This document shows positions 7,955 to 17,470 of a stretch of DNA of 64,000 bases, piece by piece (the stretch's first letter is position 1; each line of letters opens with the position of its first letter). Source of the DNA: Polyangiaceae bacterium (GTDB lineage: Bacteria > Myxococcota_A > Polyangia > Polyangiales > Polyangiaceae); NCBI GenBank assembly GCA_044376115.1, contig JBILLK010000007.1, positions 32,001-96,000 of the forward strand, written 5' to 3'. A program made the position numbers and the translations under genes. Below the pieces are notes generated by a model. It worked only from the letters and a program-made list of their open reading frames with translations. It was not told the DNA's origin and ran no database searches.

Positions 7955-10456
7955 GTGAGCGCGGCTGACCCGATCCACGCCGCCCTGGCCGCGGCCCTCG
8001 ACCCGGAGCACGTCGCCGCGCGGGCGCGCGCCGTGCTGGACGAGCCGCTGTATTGGTTCCCTGTGCGCCACCACTCGCCGGCCGTGGCGCACCACGTCGC
8101 GCGCGCGATCCGGGCGCGGAGGCCCAAGCTGATTTTCTTGGAGGCACCCGCCGAGGCGAACGATCTCGTCCGCTTCATCGTCGACAAGAAGACCAAGCCG
8201 CCGATCGCGATCTACTCGAGCTATCGCGACGACGACAACGTGCTCGGCCTGGCCGGGATCGCCAGCCCGGCGCCAGACATCCCGGCGCGCTTCGCCACGT
8301 TCTACCCGCTTGTCTCGTACTCGCCCGAGTACGTGGTGATGCAGGAGGCCACGGCGCTCGGCGCCGAGGTCGTGTTCATGGATCTGCCGCGCCACGCGCT
8401 GATCGAGCCGCACGTGAGCGAAGAGGAGGGGGAGGGTGAGGGCGCGCCCGGCGACGTGAGCTCGACGGCGGCCCCCGCCAAGGACCTGGCGCCGAGTTGG
8501 GAGGGCCTGGCCGTGACCAGCACCTTCTATCAAAAGCTCGCCGAGGCCGGCGGCTACAAGGGCTGGGAGGAGGCCTGGGACGCGATGTTCGAGGCGACCG
8601 ACCGCTTCGCCGATCACGACGCCTTCCGCGCCGAGTTGGCGCTGTTCTGCGCGGCGGTGCGCGCCACGACGGCGAGTGCGACGATGGGTCGCGACGGGAC
8701 GCTCGCGCGCGAGCGCTTCATGTGGCGCACCATTACCACGACGCTGGCGAGCCGCGGCGTGAGGCCGGAGGACGCTATGGTCGTGTGCGGCGGCTTCCAC
8801 CTGTTCTTGGACCGTGACGACCCGATCCCGCCGCCGGAGGCGCCGCGCGGCACCGTGTACAGCACCGTCACTCCGTTCTCCTTCTTCCGCGTGAGCGATC
8901 TCTCCGGTTATGGCGCCGGCAACCGCGCGCCGGCCTATTACGAGCGGCTGTTCACGGCGATGCGCGAACAGGGGGGCCCGTCGCAGCCTTCGCAGAGCTG
9001 GGGGCCGGGCGGGCGCGCCATGGTCGAGCACGTGGTCGACACGCTGCGCCGAAGCCGCACGTCGGGTGAACCCGTGTCGAGCGCCGACGCCATCGCCATC
9101 GCCGATCACGCGCGCATGCTGGCCAAGCTGCGCGGCCACGGCGCGCCCTTGCTCGACGACATCCGCGACGCCATCGTCACCTGCTGTGTGAAAGGCCGCC
9201 CCGACGAGGAGGGCCTGCACCTCGCCCGGGCGATGCGCGACGTCGAGGTCGGTGTAGCGATCGGCCGGGTCACGCCCGCACTCGGCCAGCTGCCGCTGCT
9301 GCACGACTTCCATGCCCAGGTGGACGAGCTCGGCTTCGCCGAGGTGATGGGGCGCGAGAAGCGGCTCGATGTGGTCCTGGATCTTCGGGAGCCCGGCGCC
9401 GCGCGCAAGAGCGCCTTCTTGCATCGCGTGAGCTACCTCGAGGTGCCCTTCGCCGAGCTCACCGATCGCGGCGCCAAGGGCGCGATGCTGTTCCGTGAGC
9501 GCTGGCGGCTCCTTTGGTCGCCCAAGGTCGAGCCGGAGCTGATCGAGAAGAACCTGTACGGCGACTCGGTGGAGAAGGCGGCGCTCGCGCTGCTCGAGGA
9601 GCGGCTCGCGAGCGACGTCGGCCACGCTGGCGCGACCTGCGCGAAGTTGCTCGGCAGCGTGGCGATGGAGTTTCCCGCGCTGATCGTCACGCTGTTCGAC
9701 GCCTGCTCACAAGCGATCGAGAGCGACGGCTCCTTCGCTTCACTGGCCCACGCCGTCGCTCAGCTGGGCATCCTGGACCGCATGGCGGCCCACCGCGAGC
9801 TGTCCCGCGAGCTCGTGCAGCGGCTGCTGGCCCGCGCGTTCGATCGAGCAGCGTTCGCCGTCCCGACCATTGCGTCGGTGCCCGAGGAGGAGGTCCCTGC
9901 TGTGGTGCACGGCCTGAAGGTGTTGGCGGAGGCGCTCTTGGCCGACGATGCAGGTCTCTTCGATCGCGACGTATTGATCGCCGGCCTACGCAGCGCTGCG
10001 CTCGAGTCGCAGAGCCCGTACCTGCGCGGCGTTTTCGACGGGCTGCTGGCCGAGACCCGGGCCGAGGGGCCGGAGTTCTTGGGCGAGCGGCTGCGCGCCT
10101 TTGCGCTCGAGCGACCCGAGATCCTGATCACCGCTGGGGCCTACCTCGACGGGGTGCTCTCGGTCTCGCACACCAGCGTGCTGCTCGGGGCCGAGGCCTT
10201 GGTCGGAGCGCTCGACGAGCTGTTCCGCGTGGCACAATGGGACGCGTTCGTCCTGATGCTGCCGCAACTGCGCTCCGCCTTCGAGCGCCTGCACGACCGC
10301 CACAAGGACACGGTGGCGGCGCGCGTCGCCGAGCGTCACGGCTTGAAGGACGGCGCGGCGATCGCCAAGCTGGGCACCACCAGCGTGGAGGGCGCCGTGG
10401 CCTTGGCCGAGATCGACGCTGAGACGGCGCGCATCATGGAGGCTTGGACGCTATGA
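7955..10456 (+). CDS. DUF5682 family protein (YehM-like)
   Basis: PVRHHSP, YSPEY, F.DLP, RERFM, VVCGGFH, SGYGAG and FRERW motifs. Lies between MoxR and VWA genes. Confidence 0.88.
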   Translation: MSAADPIHAALAAALDPEHVAARARAVLDEPLYWFPVRHHSPAVAHHVARAIRARRPKLIFLEAPAEANDLVRFIVDKKTKPPIAIYSSYRDDDNVLGLAGIASPAPDIPARFATFYPLVSYSPEYVVMQEATALGAEVVFMDLPRHALIEPHVSEEEGEGEGAPGDVSSTAAPAKDLAPSWEGLAVTSTFYQKLAEAGGYKGWEEAWDAMFEATDRFADHDAFRAELALFCAAVRATTASATMGRDGTLARERFMWRTITTTLASRGVRPEDAMVVCGGFHLFLDRDDPIPPPEAPRGTVYSTVTPFSFFRVSDLSGYGAGNRAPAYYERLFTAMREQGGPSQPSQSWGPGGRAMVEHVVDTLRRSRTSGEPVSSADAIAIADHARMLAKLRGHGAPLLDDIRDAIVTCCVKGRPDEEGLHLARAMRDVEVGVAIGRVTPALGQLPLLHDFHAQVDELGFAEVMGREKRLDVVLDLREPGAARKSAFLHRVSYLEVPFAELTDRGAKGAMLFRERWRLLWSPKVEPELIEKNLYGDSVEKAALALLEERLASDVGHAGATCAKLLGSVAMEFPALIVTLFDACSQAIESDGSFASLAHAVAQLGILDRMAAHRELSRELVQRLLARAFDRAAFAVPTIASVPEEEVPAVVHGLKVLAEALLADDAGLFDRDVLIAGLRSAALESQSPYLRGVFDGLLAETRAEGPEFLGERLRAFALERPEILITAGAYLDGVLSVSHTSVLLGAEALVGALDELFRVAQWDAFVLMLPQLRSAFERLHDRHKDTVAARVAERHGLKDGAAIAKLGTTSVEGAVALAEIDAETARIMEAWTL

Positions 10457-11580
10457 GTGAACTCACGACGCGTTGGCGTTTGGCGTTGGGCAGGGCCGCA
10501 GAGGCGCACGGCGTCGGGCTGGACGGTGACGCGAGCGAGGAGGCCCGGCGCATGGAGGAGGCGCTCGACTTCGTCTATGGCGGTGAAGGCCAGTGCGACG
10601 GCGGCGCCCAGCGCGGTCGAGGCGCGGGCAGCGGCGCCTCGCAGCTGACGGTGCCGAGCTGGGTCGAGGCCGTGTCGGAGCTCTTTCCGCGGCAGGCAAA
10701 AGAGCTCTTGGAGCGCGAGGTGATCAAGCGCCGCGGGCTCGCTGCGCTGCTCGAGAGCCCCGACGTGCTCGACCGCATCGAGCCGAGCGTCGAGCTGGTC
10801 AAGGTGCTGATCACGCACAAGGGCCTGCTCAACGAAAAGACGCGCGGCCTCGCACGGAAGGTGATCGATAAGGTGGTGCGCGAGCTCAAAGAGCGGCTGG
10901 AGGTCCGCATCGAACAGGCCATCACTGGCGCGCTGCGGCGCGATCGCCATTCGCCGCGCAAGGTGATGCGCAACCTGGACCTCAAGACCACGCTGCGTCG
11001 CAACCTGAAGAATTGGGACGAGGCGAGGCAGCGGCTGCTCGTCGAGCGGCTGTGGTACTTCGCGGCCGAGCGGCGCAAGCGCCCCTGGCACATCATCGTG
11101 TGCGTCGACCAATCCGGCTCGATGCTGGAGAGCGCCGTGTTCTCGGCCGTGATGGCCTCGATCTTCGCCGAGCTCCCCAGCGTGCGCACCTCGCTCGTCT
11201 TGTTCGACACCAACGTGGTCGACCTGAGCGACAAGGTCGGCGAGCCGGTCGACGTGCTGCTCAGCGTGCAGCTCGGCGGCGGTACCGACATCACCAAGGC
11301 GCTCAGCTATTGCGCGCAGCTCGTACGTGAGCCGGCGCGCACCATCGTCGTCTTGATCACCGACTTCTACGAAGGCCGCCCCGAGAGCGATCTGGTGCGC
11401 CAGGTGCGCCTCATGTCCGACGCGCACATCCGCATGATCGGCCTGGGTGCGCTCGGCTATGACGCGCGCCCCGAATACAACCGCTCCACCGCCGGCAAGC
11501 TGCGCAAGGTCGGTATGGATATCCTAGCCTGCACGCCCGAGAAGCTGGCCGAGTGCATGGCGCAGATCATCTCGGGGTAA
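10453..11580 (+). CDS. VWA domain protein (CoxE/YehP-like)
   Basis: RWRLALG N-terminus, MIDAS motif DQSGSM, QLGGGTDI, ITDFYEG. Confidence 0.92.
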   Translation: MSELTTRWRLALGRAAEAHGVGLDGDASEEARRMEEALDFVYGGEGQCDGGAQRGRGAGSGASQLTVPSWVEAVSELFPRQAKELLEREVIKRRGLAALLESPDVLDRIEPSVELVKVLITHKGLLNEKTRGLARKVIDKVVRELKERLEVRIEQAITGALRRDRHSPRKVMRNLDLKTTLRRNLKNWDEARQRLLVERLWYFAAERRKRPWHIIVCVDQSGSMLESAVFSAVMASIFAELPSVRTSLVLFDTNVVDLSDKVGEPVDVLLSVQLGGGTDITKALSYCAQLVREPARTIVVLITDFYEGRPESDLVRQVRLMSDAHIRMIGLGALGYDARPEYNRSTAGKLRKVGMDILACTPEKLAECMAQIISG

Positions 11581-11635
11581 GGCGGCCGAGCAGCCGGTGG
11601 AAGGTGAGTGGCCCGCTAAGCCTTTCGCCGAGCCT

Positions 11636-12010
11636 TCAAAGGCTGTCGCAGCTTTCTTGGTTCGGCGCGGTCTCGGCACCGTCGCAGGCCTCCTTCTGGC
11701 GCCAGCGACCGCCGCAGCATCGAAACCGAACCAACTCGCACTCGGCCATGGTTGAGGGCGCGTCGCAGGCCTCGTCTTCGGTGACACATTCGCCACCGGC
11801 GACAGGGGTCGTACCGACGCAAGCCGGCGGGAACACCGGCGCTGCGCCGCCACTCCCTCCCGCCCCGCCATTGCCGCCCTGCGAACCAGCGCCTTGGCCG
11901 GAGCCTCCGCTACCGCCAGCCCCACCGCTGGGGTCGGTCGTCTCATCACAGCCGACCAGCAGTGACAAACCGAAGGCACACGTCATTGCGATGAACCAGC
12001 GACCACTCAT
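11636..12010 (-). CDS. Small Cys-rich lipoprotein
   Basis: Lipobox LLVGC, Gly-rich linker, Cys-rich C-terminal domain. Confidence 0.65.
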   Translation of the reverse strand: MSGRWFIAMTCAFGLSLLVGCDETTDPSGGAGGSGGSGQGAGSQGGNGGAGGSGGAAPVFPPACVGTTPVAGGECVTEDEACDAPSTMAECELVRFRCCGGRWRQKEACDGAETAPNQESCDSL

Positions 12011-12490
12011 CGCCTCACTTATACCCAGCTTCGCCGGGATTGCAGCCGCTTTCGTCGCCTGCGCCTCCGCTCCCGGGGAGAGCGGTCCATCGGTTGTGGA
12101 GGCCCCTACCGGGGAGAGCCGGTGAGGCTAGCTTCGCCTATCCTCAGGTTCGCAAAGTCTTGCGCCTTCGCCGACTTGAAGTCGCTTGAGCTCGTGGCGT
12201 TCGAGGTCGGCTCGACGCGGCAGCTCGGCGTCAAAGTTCCGAACGCGCGGGTAGGTGAGGCTCTCGTGAAGCACCTCACGTCGAGCAAGACGGCGCGACT
12301 CATCTGCTACGCGCCCACCTCCGCGAGAACGATCGGCCTCTCGAACTAGGCGCACAGGGACAGAAGCGCTGGATCTTGTCGAGCACCGTCCGCGAGCCAT
12401 TCACGATCGTTTCGGCGCTGGTGAGTCGACCAGCTGCATCATAGGTGTATCGCTCGATGGACGCGCGCGGTTCGCGCGAGCTTCGCGCGG

Positions 12491-14017
12491 CTAGAGGACC
12501 TGTACACTTCCGGCGGAGGCCGGCGTTTCGTCGTCTCCGATCCACTCGGTGTTTCCGTAGCCGAGCCGGCCATTCGAGCCTACGCCCCAACAGCGCACGT
12601 CACCGGATTCGAGGAGGGCGCACGTGTGACTGAGGCCCGCCGTAAGTTGAACCACGGGGCCGCCGAGGTCGACCACACCAGCGGATGCTGGAGCGCCCAA
12701 GACCGAGAGGGTGTTTGCGTATCCGAGCTGGCCATACGAGCCGCTACCCCAGCATCGCACGGCGCCCGTGGTAAGCAGCGCGCACGTGTGCTCTGAACCT
12801 GCCGCAATCTGTGCGACGGCGCCACCGACATTAACGCTTCCCGCGGATGCGGGCGTCTCGTTATCTCCGATCGGCTGGGTGTTGCCGTAGCCGAGCTTGT
12901 TGTCCAGCCCCGTACCCCAGCAGCGAACGTCGCCTGAGGTCAAGAGGGCACACGTGTGATAGGTCCCCGCAACAATCTGGGTGACGACCCCGCCGACGTC
13001 GACGTCGCCCGCGGAGGCCGGCGTCTCGTCGTCTCCGATGTCGAGGGTGTTGCCATACCCAAGCACACCGTACCCCCCGAAGCCCCAGCACCGAACGCTG
13101 CCCGTCGTCAAGAGTGCGCACGTATGATAAAAACCGGCGGCCAGTTGGGTCACTGCGCCGCCCACGTCGACATCCCCAGCTGACGCGGGTGTTTCGTCGT
13201 CCCCGATCGCAGTGGGATGCCCGTTGACGACGGCTGCGCCCCAGCACCTCACGCCCCCCCCGCTGAGCACTGCGCACGTCTGGAAAACGCCTGCGGCCAC
13301 GTGCGTGGCCACCCCGCCAAGCTCGATGTCTCCAGCCGAGGCAGGCGTTTCATCGTCACCTATGTCTTGCCTATTCCCGTAGCCCAATTCCGCGCCAACG
13401 CTCTTGCCCCAGCAGCGCAAAGCCCCGGTGGTGAGCAGCGCGCAGGTCGTATCGGCGGTTCCGCACTCGATCTGCTCTACAGGGCCGCCAACGTCGACGT
13501 TTCCAGCCGATGCGGGCGTTTCGTCGTCTCCAACGGTGTCCAAGTTTCCGTAGCCCAGCGCGGCTGTAGCTCCCCAGCATCGAACATCCCCAGTGTCGAG
13601 CCTCGCGCAGGTGTGCAGGCCCGCGCAGAGCTGCACCACGGAGGTGGGCTCAGGCCCACCGGAGCCGCCGAAGCCGCCCGACCCCGGACCGGAGCCGCCG
13701 AAGCCGCCCGACCCCGGACCGGAGCCGCCGAAGCCCCCGGAACCAGGACCAGCGCCGCCGAAGCCGCCCGACCCCGGACCAGAACCGCCGAAGCCCCCGG
13801 AACCAGGACCCGAGCCGCCGAAGCCGCCAGACCCCGAACCCGAGCCACCGGGACCAGGACCAGCTCCGCCGGGACCAGGCCCGGGACCAGGACCAGGCGC
13901 TGAACCGCCCGTGGTCGAGTCGGTGCTTCCACTCGCTCCACCATCGGTCCTTTGCTCCACGAGCGAATCGCGGGCACCGCAGGCAACGAGCAGGAGCGCG
14001 AGCGCAATTCGAGTCAT
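12491..14017 (-). CDS. RCC1-repeat beta-propeller lipoprotein
   Basis: Lipobox LLVAC; about 7 repeats of HTCALL..G.VRCWG...LGYGN...IGDDETPASAG.V. Confidence 0.9.
   Translation of the reverse strand: MTRIALALLLVACGARDSLVEQRTDGGASGSTDSTTGGSAPGPGPGPGPGGAGPGPGGSGSGSGGFGGSGPGSGGFGGSGPGSGGFGGAGPGSGGFGGSGPGSGGFGGSGPGSGGFGGSGGPEPTSVVQLCAGLHTCARLDTGDVRCWGATAALGYGNLDTVGDDETPASAGNVDVGGPVEQIECGTADTTCALLTTGALRCWGKSVGAELGYGNRQDIGDDETPASAGDIELGGVATHVAAGVFQTCAVLSGGGVRCWGAAVVNGHPTAIGDDETPASAGDVDVGGAVTQLAAGFYHTCALLTTGSVRCWGFGGYGVLGYGNTLDIGDDETPASAGDVDVGGVVTQIVAGTYHTCALLTSGDVRCWGTGLDNKLGYGNTQPIGDNETPASAGSVNVGGAVAQIAAGSEHTCALLTTGAVRCWGSGSYGQLGYANTLSVLGAPASAGVVDLGGPVVQLTAGLSHTCALLESGDVRCWGVGSNGRLGYGNTEWIGDDETPASAGSVQVL
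13661..13850 (-). repeat. 30-bp coding tandem repeat encoding a (GPGSGGFGGS)n linker
   Basis: GGAGCCGCCGAAGCCGCCCGACCCCGGACC-like units repeated about 5-6 times. Confidence 0.85.
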
Positions 14018-14125
14018 CTGACGAGGATACGCGAACCGCCAGGGTTGTTGCGAAGAGATGAGCGGGTGCGCCGCCCGAGAGGTCGAGCGGCGCAGCGGGT
14101 GCCCGATGCCCGCGCCGGGGAATCG

Positions 14126-14644
14126 CTAAGCGCCGGAGCGCGTCTCGCGCAAGGTCCCGGCGGCGTAGTCCGCCCTGAGCGACTCGACGATCTGCACGAG
14201 AGCGGACTGCGACATCTCCTCCGCTTGTGGTTGGGTCTGGAGCAGCCAACGAGCAGCTTCGTCGACTGATCCGAACACCTTCAGGGGGAAGGTCGGCCGC
14301 GTCGCGAGAAGCAGGAGGTTGACGACACTGCGCATGCTCGCCCCCACGAAGCCGGTCGTCTCGAGCGTCAAGGCGCCGAACGCCATCGAAGCGTTAAAGG
14401 TCTGAAAGGCCGACCTCAGCGTCGCGCGCGCCTTTTCGCCAGGCGGCGGGGTGTCGGCCCTCACCACCACGAAGAAGCCGATGGGACCGGTCGCTTGGGC
14501 CTTGAGGCGCTTCACGAAGAGCGGCAGTAGGCGTGCGAAACTGGGCTCCGGGTCGTTACGGACTACCATCAGGAGCAAGTTGCCCAACACGGCGACGCAG
14601 TGATCGCCTCCCACGTAGAGCGTGTTCAACTCCTTCGCGCTCAT
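14126..14644 (-). CDS. Myxobacterial STAS/SEC14-like small protein
   Basis: PP.E.AR...GFVGASMRSVV...P.KVF.S..EAA.WL pattern. ATG at 14644. Confidence 0.65.
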   Translation of the reverse strand: MSAKELNTLYVGGDHCVAVLGNLLLMVVRNDPEPSFARLLPLFVKRLKAQATGPIGFFVVVRADTPPPGEKARATLRSAFQTFNASMAFGALTLETTGFVGASMRSVVNLLLLATRPTFPLKVFGSVDEAARWLLQTQPQAEEMSQSALVQIVESLRADYAAGTLRETRSGA

Positions 14645-14886
14645 CCATGGCTCGGTACTGCCGAACCTGCTCCCGGTCAAGCGAACCGGCCATCGTCTCT
14701 CGTGAAGTCGATGAACTTCTTTGGGGCGTAACGGAGCCCTTTCCCCGCACGCTATTGGACGCAGGCGTTCCCTTCGAGTCGACAGCGACTCTTGGCCAAG
14801 CAGTTGTTCGACTTCTCGCAGTCCGTCTTTGAGGCGGCAACGCAGCTCTCGGACCACGAGTCCCGCCTGAACTCACACAGACCATG

Positions 14887-16125
14887 TCACTCGCAGACGC
14901 GAACCCTGACCACGCTCAGCGAGGTTCCCCCGGCGGACGCCCACGCGACCTCACCGTCCGTCCGGCCCTCGAAGTCGCCGTCCGGCAGCGGCGCGCCGAT
15001 TGACGCTGGGGCGCCGACGTCTGCGCCGGTCGCGTCGAGGCGCTGCAGGGTCGTCGCGCCGGAGGACGCGCCCAACAAGAGCCCGTCGTCGAAGGCCGCG
15101 AGCCGGCTCGAGCCGGCCACCGAGAGAGTGCGGTCGGAGACGGGTGCGCCGTTCGAGTCGAACGCGCCGAGGTGCGCGACCTGGGAGTCGTCTGCGTACA
15201 CGAGGAAGAAGCCCGCAGCGGTCGCGACGAGCCCGCCGAGCGTCGTCGTGTAGCCGCCCGCACAGTTCGCCGCGGGATCATCGGTGATCAGCGCGGCGCT
15301 GTGATTGAAGTAGACGCCCTTCCCCGGGTAGCAGTCGGAGATGCAGATGGGGACGAGGCCGGATGGTCCGGCGGCGAGGCGCTGGTCCATGCTGTGGCTG
15401 CACCCCCAGCCCCAGGCAGCGCCCGTCGGCGCGCCGTTCGCATCGAAGAGGCGCAGCGTGTCGCCCTGGTGACCAATCCCGTCTGGCCAGCGCCGGTGCA
15501 GCGCGTGGTACGCCGCGTAGCTTCCGTCGGCCAAGCGAGCGAGCCTCCCCGTCTGAGCGAACTCGCCGAACCACTCGGTCCCTTCGACCTGATGGTCACC
15601 GCCGCCGACGAGGTTGGTCTCGGCGAGCACGGCGCCGTTCGCGTCGAGCCTCACGAAGGTCATGAAGTCGGGTGCACGCGCGACGAGCAGCGCCACGTCG
15701 TCGGAGGTCGCGGCGACACCGAAGACCTGCGTGCCCGGAACGATCAGATCCTCGCCGACGCGCTGGTCGACCGCGTCGAGCTTCGTCACGTGCACGTTGC
15801 CATCGCTGCCGGCCCACGCCACGACCGAAGCGGCCCCGGCCTGCGCCGTGAGCGCTCGCGACGTGCTCGCTCCGCTGATCGTGACGCTCGTGACGCGCGT
15901 CGCCTCCTCGAGCGACGTTGCGGTGCACGGCGGCGCGCCTCCTGTGCTCCCGCCGCCGACCCCAGGCGCACCACCCGAGGAGCCACCGCCGGCCGCGGGG
16001 CTACCACCCGTCGTCGAGCCCGCACCCTCCGAGCTCGAGCCTCCGTCGGGCCCTCCGCCCGCGCTCGACGCCTCGTCCTCACAACCGAAAAGCAACCCGA
16101 TGAGGACGAGTGAGAGAGTTCGCAT
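14887..16125 (-). CDS. Secreted lipoprotein of unknown function
   Basis: MRTLSLVLIGLLFGC lipobox, Gly/Ser linker, HQGD...WGCSHS...CISDCYP domain. Confidence 0.75.
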   Translation of the reverse strand: MRTLSLVLIGLLFGCEDEASSAGGGPDGGSSSEGAGSTTGGSPAAGGGSSGGAPGVGGGSTGGAPPCTATSLEEATRVTSVTISGASTSRALTAQAGAASVVAWAGSDGNVHVTKLDAVDQRVGEDLIVPGTQVFGVAATSDDVALLVARAPDFMTFVRLDANGAVLAETNLVGGGDHQVEGTEWFGEFAQTGRLARLADGSYAAYHALHRRWPDGIGHQGDTLRLFDANGAPTGAAWGWGCSHSMDQRLAAGPSGLVPICISDCYPGKGVYFNHSAALITDDPAANCAGGYTTTLGGLVATAAGFFLVYADDSQVAHLGAFDSNGAPVSDRTLSVAGSSRLAAFDDGLLLGASSGATTLQRLDATGADVGAPASIGAPLPDGDFEGRTDGEVAWASAGGTSLSVVRVRVCE

Positions 16126-16690
16126 CCGTCGACGATAGAGCGACCGCATAGCCGCAGGCAACGCGCGGCGCGAGAGACAGAACATCGTTGCCCGTGAACG
16201 TGCACAGGAGCTGGCGCTGGAGCATTGTCGAAGACCGCGAAGGGAGCGGCACCCCGGAGCCAAGAATGCACATCTTCAAGTGCGCCCGCCTTCCGCCTTC
16301 CGCCGGCCGCCTTCCGCCGGCCGCCTTCCGCCCGCGCCCGCCGAACCGGCGCCGGCGGTCCTTTAGGCGCGAACGAACCCTGGGGAGCTGCGCTAGCTCC
16401 TTGGGTTTACTTCGCATTCGGAGCGGGCCGTGGGCCAGGTCGGCTTCGGTTATCCCGCATAACGGCTGGTTTACGGGAGTTCGCGGGCTCTCGTACACGC
16501 GTTGGCGGCGGGCACGCAGGATGATCAGCGAACTTACCCGAGGGGGTTAGCGCAGCCTCCCCGACTTACTTCGCGCGTCGAGAGCTCCGTCACTTCAACG
16601 CCATCCGCCTTCGGCGGAATTCAACGCCTGGGGATGGGCGCGCGAATTGAACGCCATCTGCGGAACATCGCCGCGGCGGTCGATTTCAGG

Positions 16691-17044
16691 AAAGCCTACA
16701 AAACAAGAGACTCTGAGCATTCGGAATGCTCAAACCCATGGTCGAGGGTGCCTTCGAGCATTCGGAATGCTCAAACCCATGGTCGAGGGTGCCTTCGAGC
16801 ATTCGGAATGCTCAAACCCATGGTCGAGGGTGCCTCTGAGCATTCGGAATGCTCAAACCCATGCTCAACAATCTCCCGCGAGCATTCGGAATGCTCAAAC
16901 CTATTGCCAGCAATCTCCGTGAGCATTCGGAATGCTCAAACCTATTGCCAGCAATCCTCCGTGAGCATTCGGAATGCTCAAACCTATTGCCAGCAATCTT
17001 CGCGAGCATTCGGAATGCTTTTGCTCTCTTGTTTACAAGGCTTT
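16691..17044. other. Imperfect 20-bp inverted repeats bracketing the palindrome array (MITE-like layout)
   Basis: 16691-16710 AAAGCCTACAAAACAAGAGA versus the reverse complement of 17025-17044, AAAGCCTTGTAAACAAGAGA (17/20 match). No clear target-site duplication. Confidence 0.6.
16715..17020. repeat. Array of 8 palindromes GAGCATTC-G-GAATGCTC with 41-42 bp period
   Basis: Copies start at 16715, 16756, 16797, 16838, 16880, 16921, 16963 and 17004 (the last ends in T instead of C). The 24-25 nt linkers fall into two types. Confidence 0.95.
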
Positions 17045-17299
17045 TGTCTCAGCACACCCGCGTGACCGTGCGCGCACGAGCGCTGGCACCGGCACGAGCA
17101 ACGTGACGATTGTTGGGCGCTGCGCCGTGGCCACGCGAGGTCGGTCGGTGCAAGAAGTGACGACATCCGACGGTGCAAGACGTTAGGATCACGCTGTCCG
17201 GCAATAGGGCGACGGATGCAGCGCGTGGGAACGCCAGAGCGGGGCTTGCGGAGATTGGAGATCTCGTTCTTATCGGGCGTTTTTCGTTCGGATTCGGGG

Positions 17300-17470
17300 T
17301 CACTCGGTCCCCCGCTCACGGATCCGTTGGTGCACCGCGCGCAGCAGCTCCTCGGGTATCCGTTGCCTCGGAGCTACATCGAGCTGCTTCGCATACAGAA
17401 CGGCGGCGCGGTTGCGTTGCCGGCAGTACCGACCGCGGAGAGGACAGCTTCGGGGCCGAGAATCTTGTGA
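17300..17470 (+). pseudogene. SMI1/KNR4 (SUKH) immunity protein fragment
   Basis: PPLTDPLVHRAQQLLGYPLPRSYIELLRIQNGG matches the SMI1/KNR4 N-terminal motif, but the frame ends shortly after. Confidence 0.6.

Noticed and set aside
16455..16552. Integron attC site (GCATAAC ... GTTGGCG or GTTAGCG)
   Set aside because: The L-box spacing is out of register, there is only one candidate, and no integrase is present.
16715..17020. CRISPR array
   Set aside because: Linkers are short (19-25 nt) and near-duplicates rather than unique spacers, and there are no cas genes in the window. Kept as a repeat of unknown function.
16502..17106. ORFs across the palindrome array (EHSECSN / SIRNAQT / AFGMLKP repeats)
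   Set aside because: The unit length of 41-42 bp shifts frame, so the ORFs are by-products of a stop-poor repeat.
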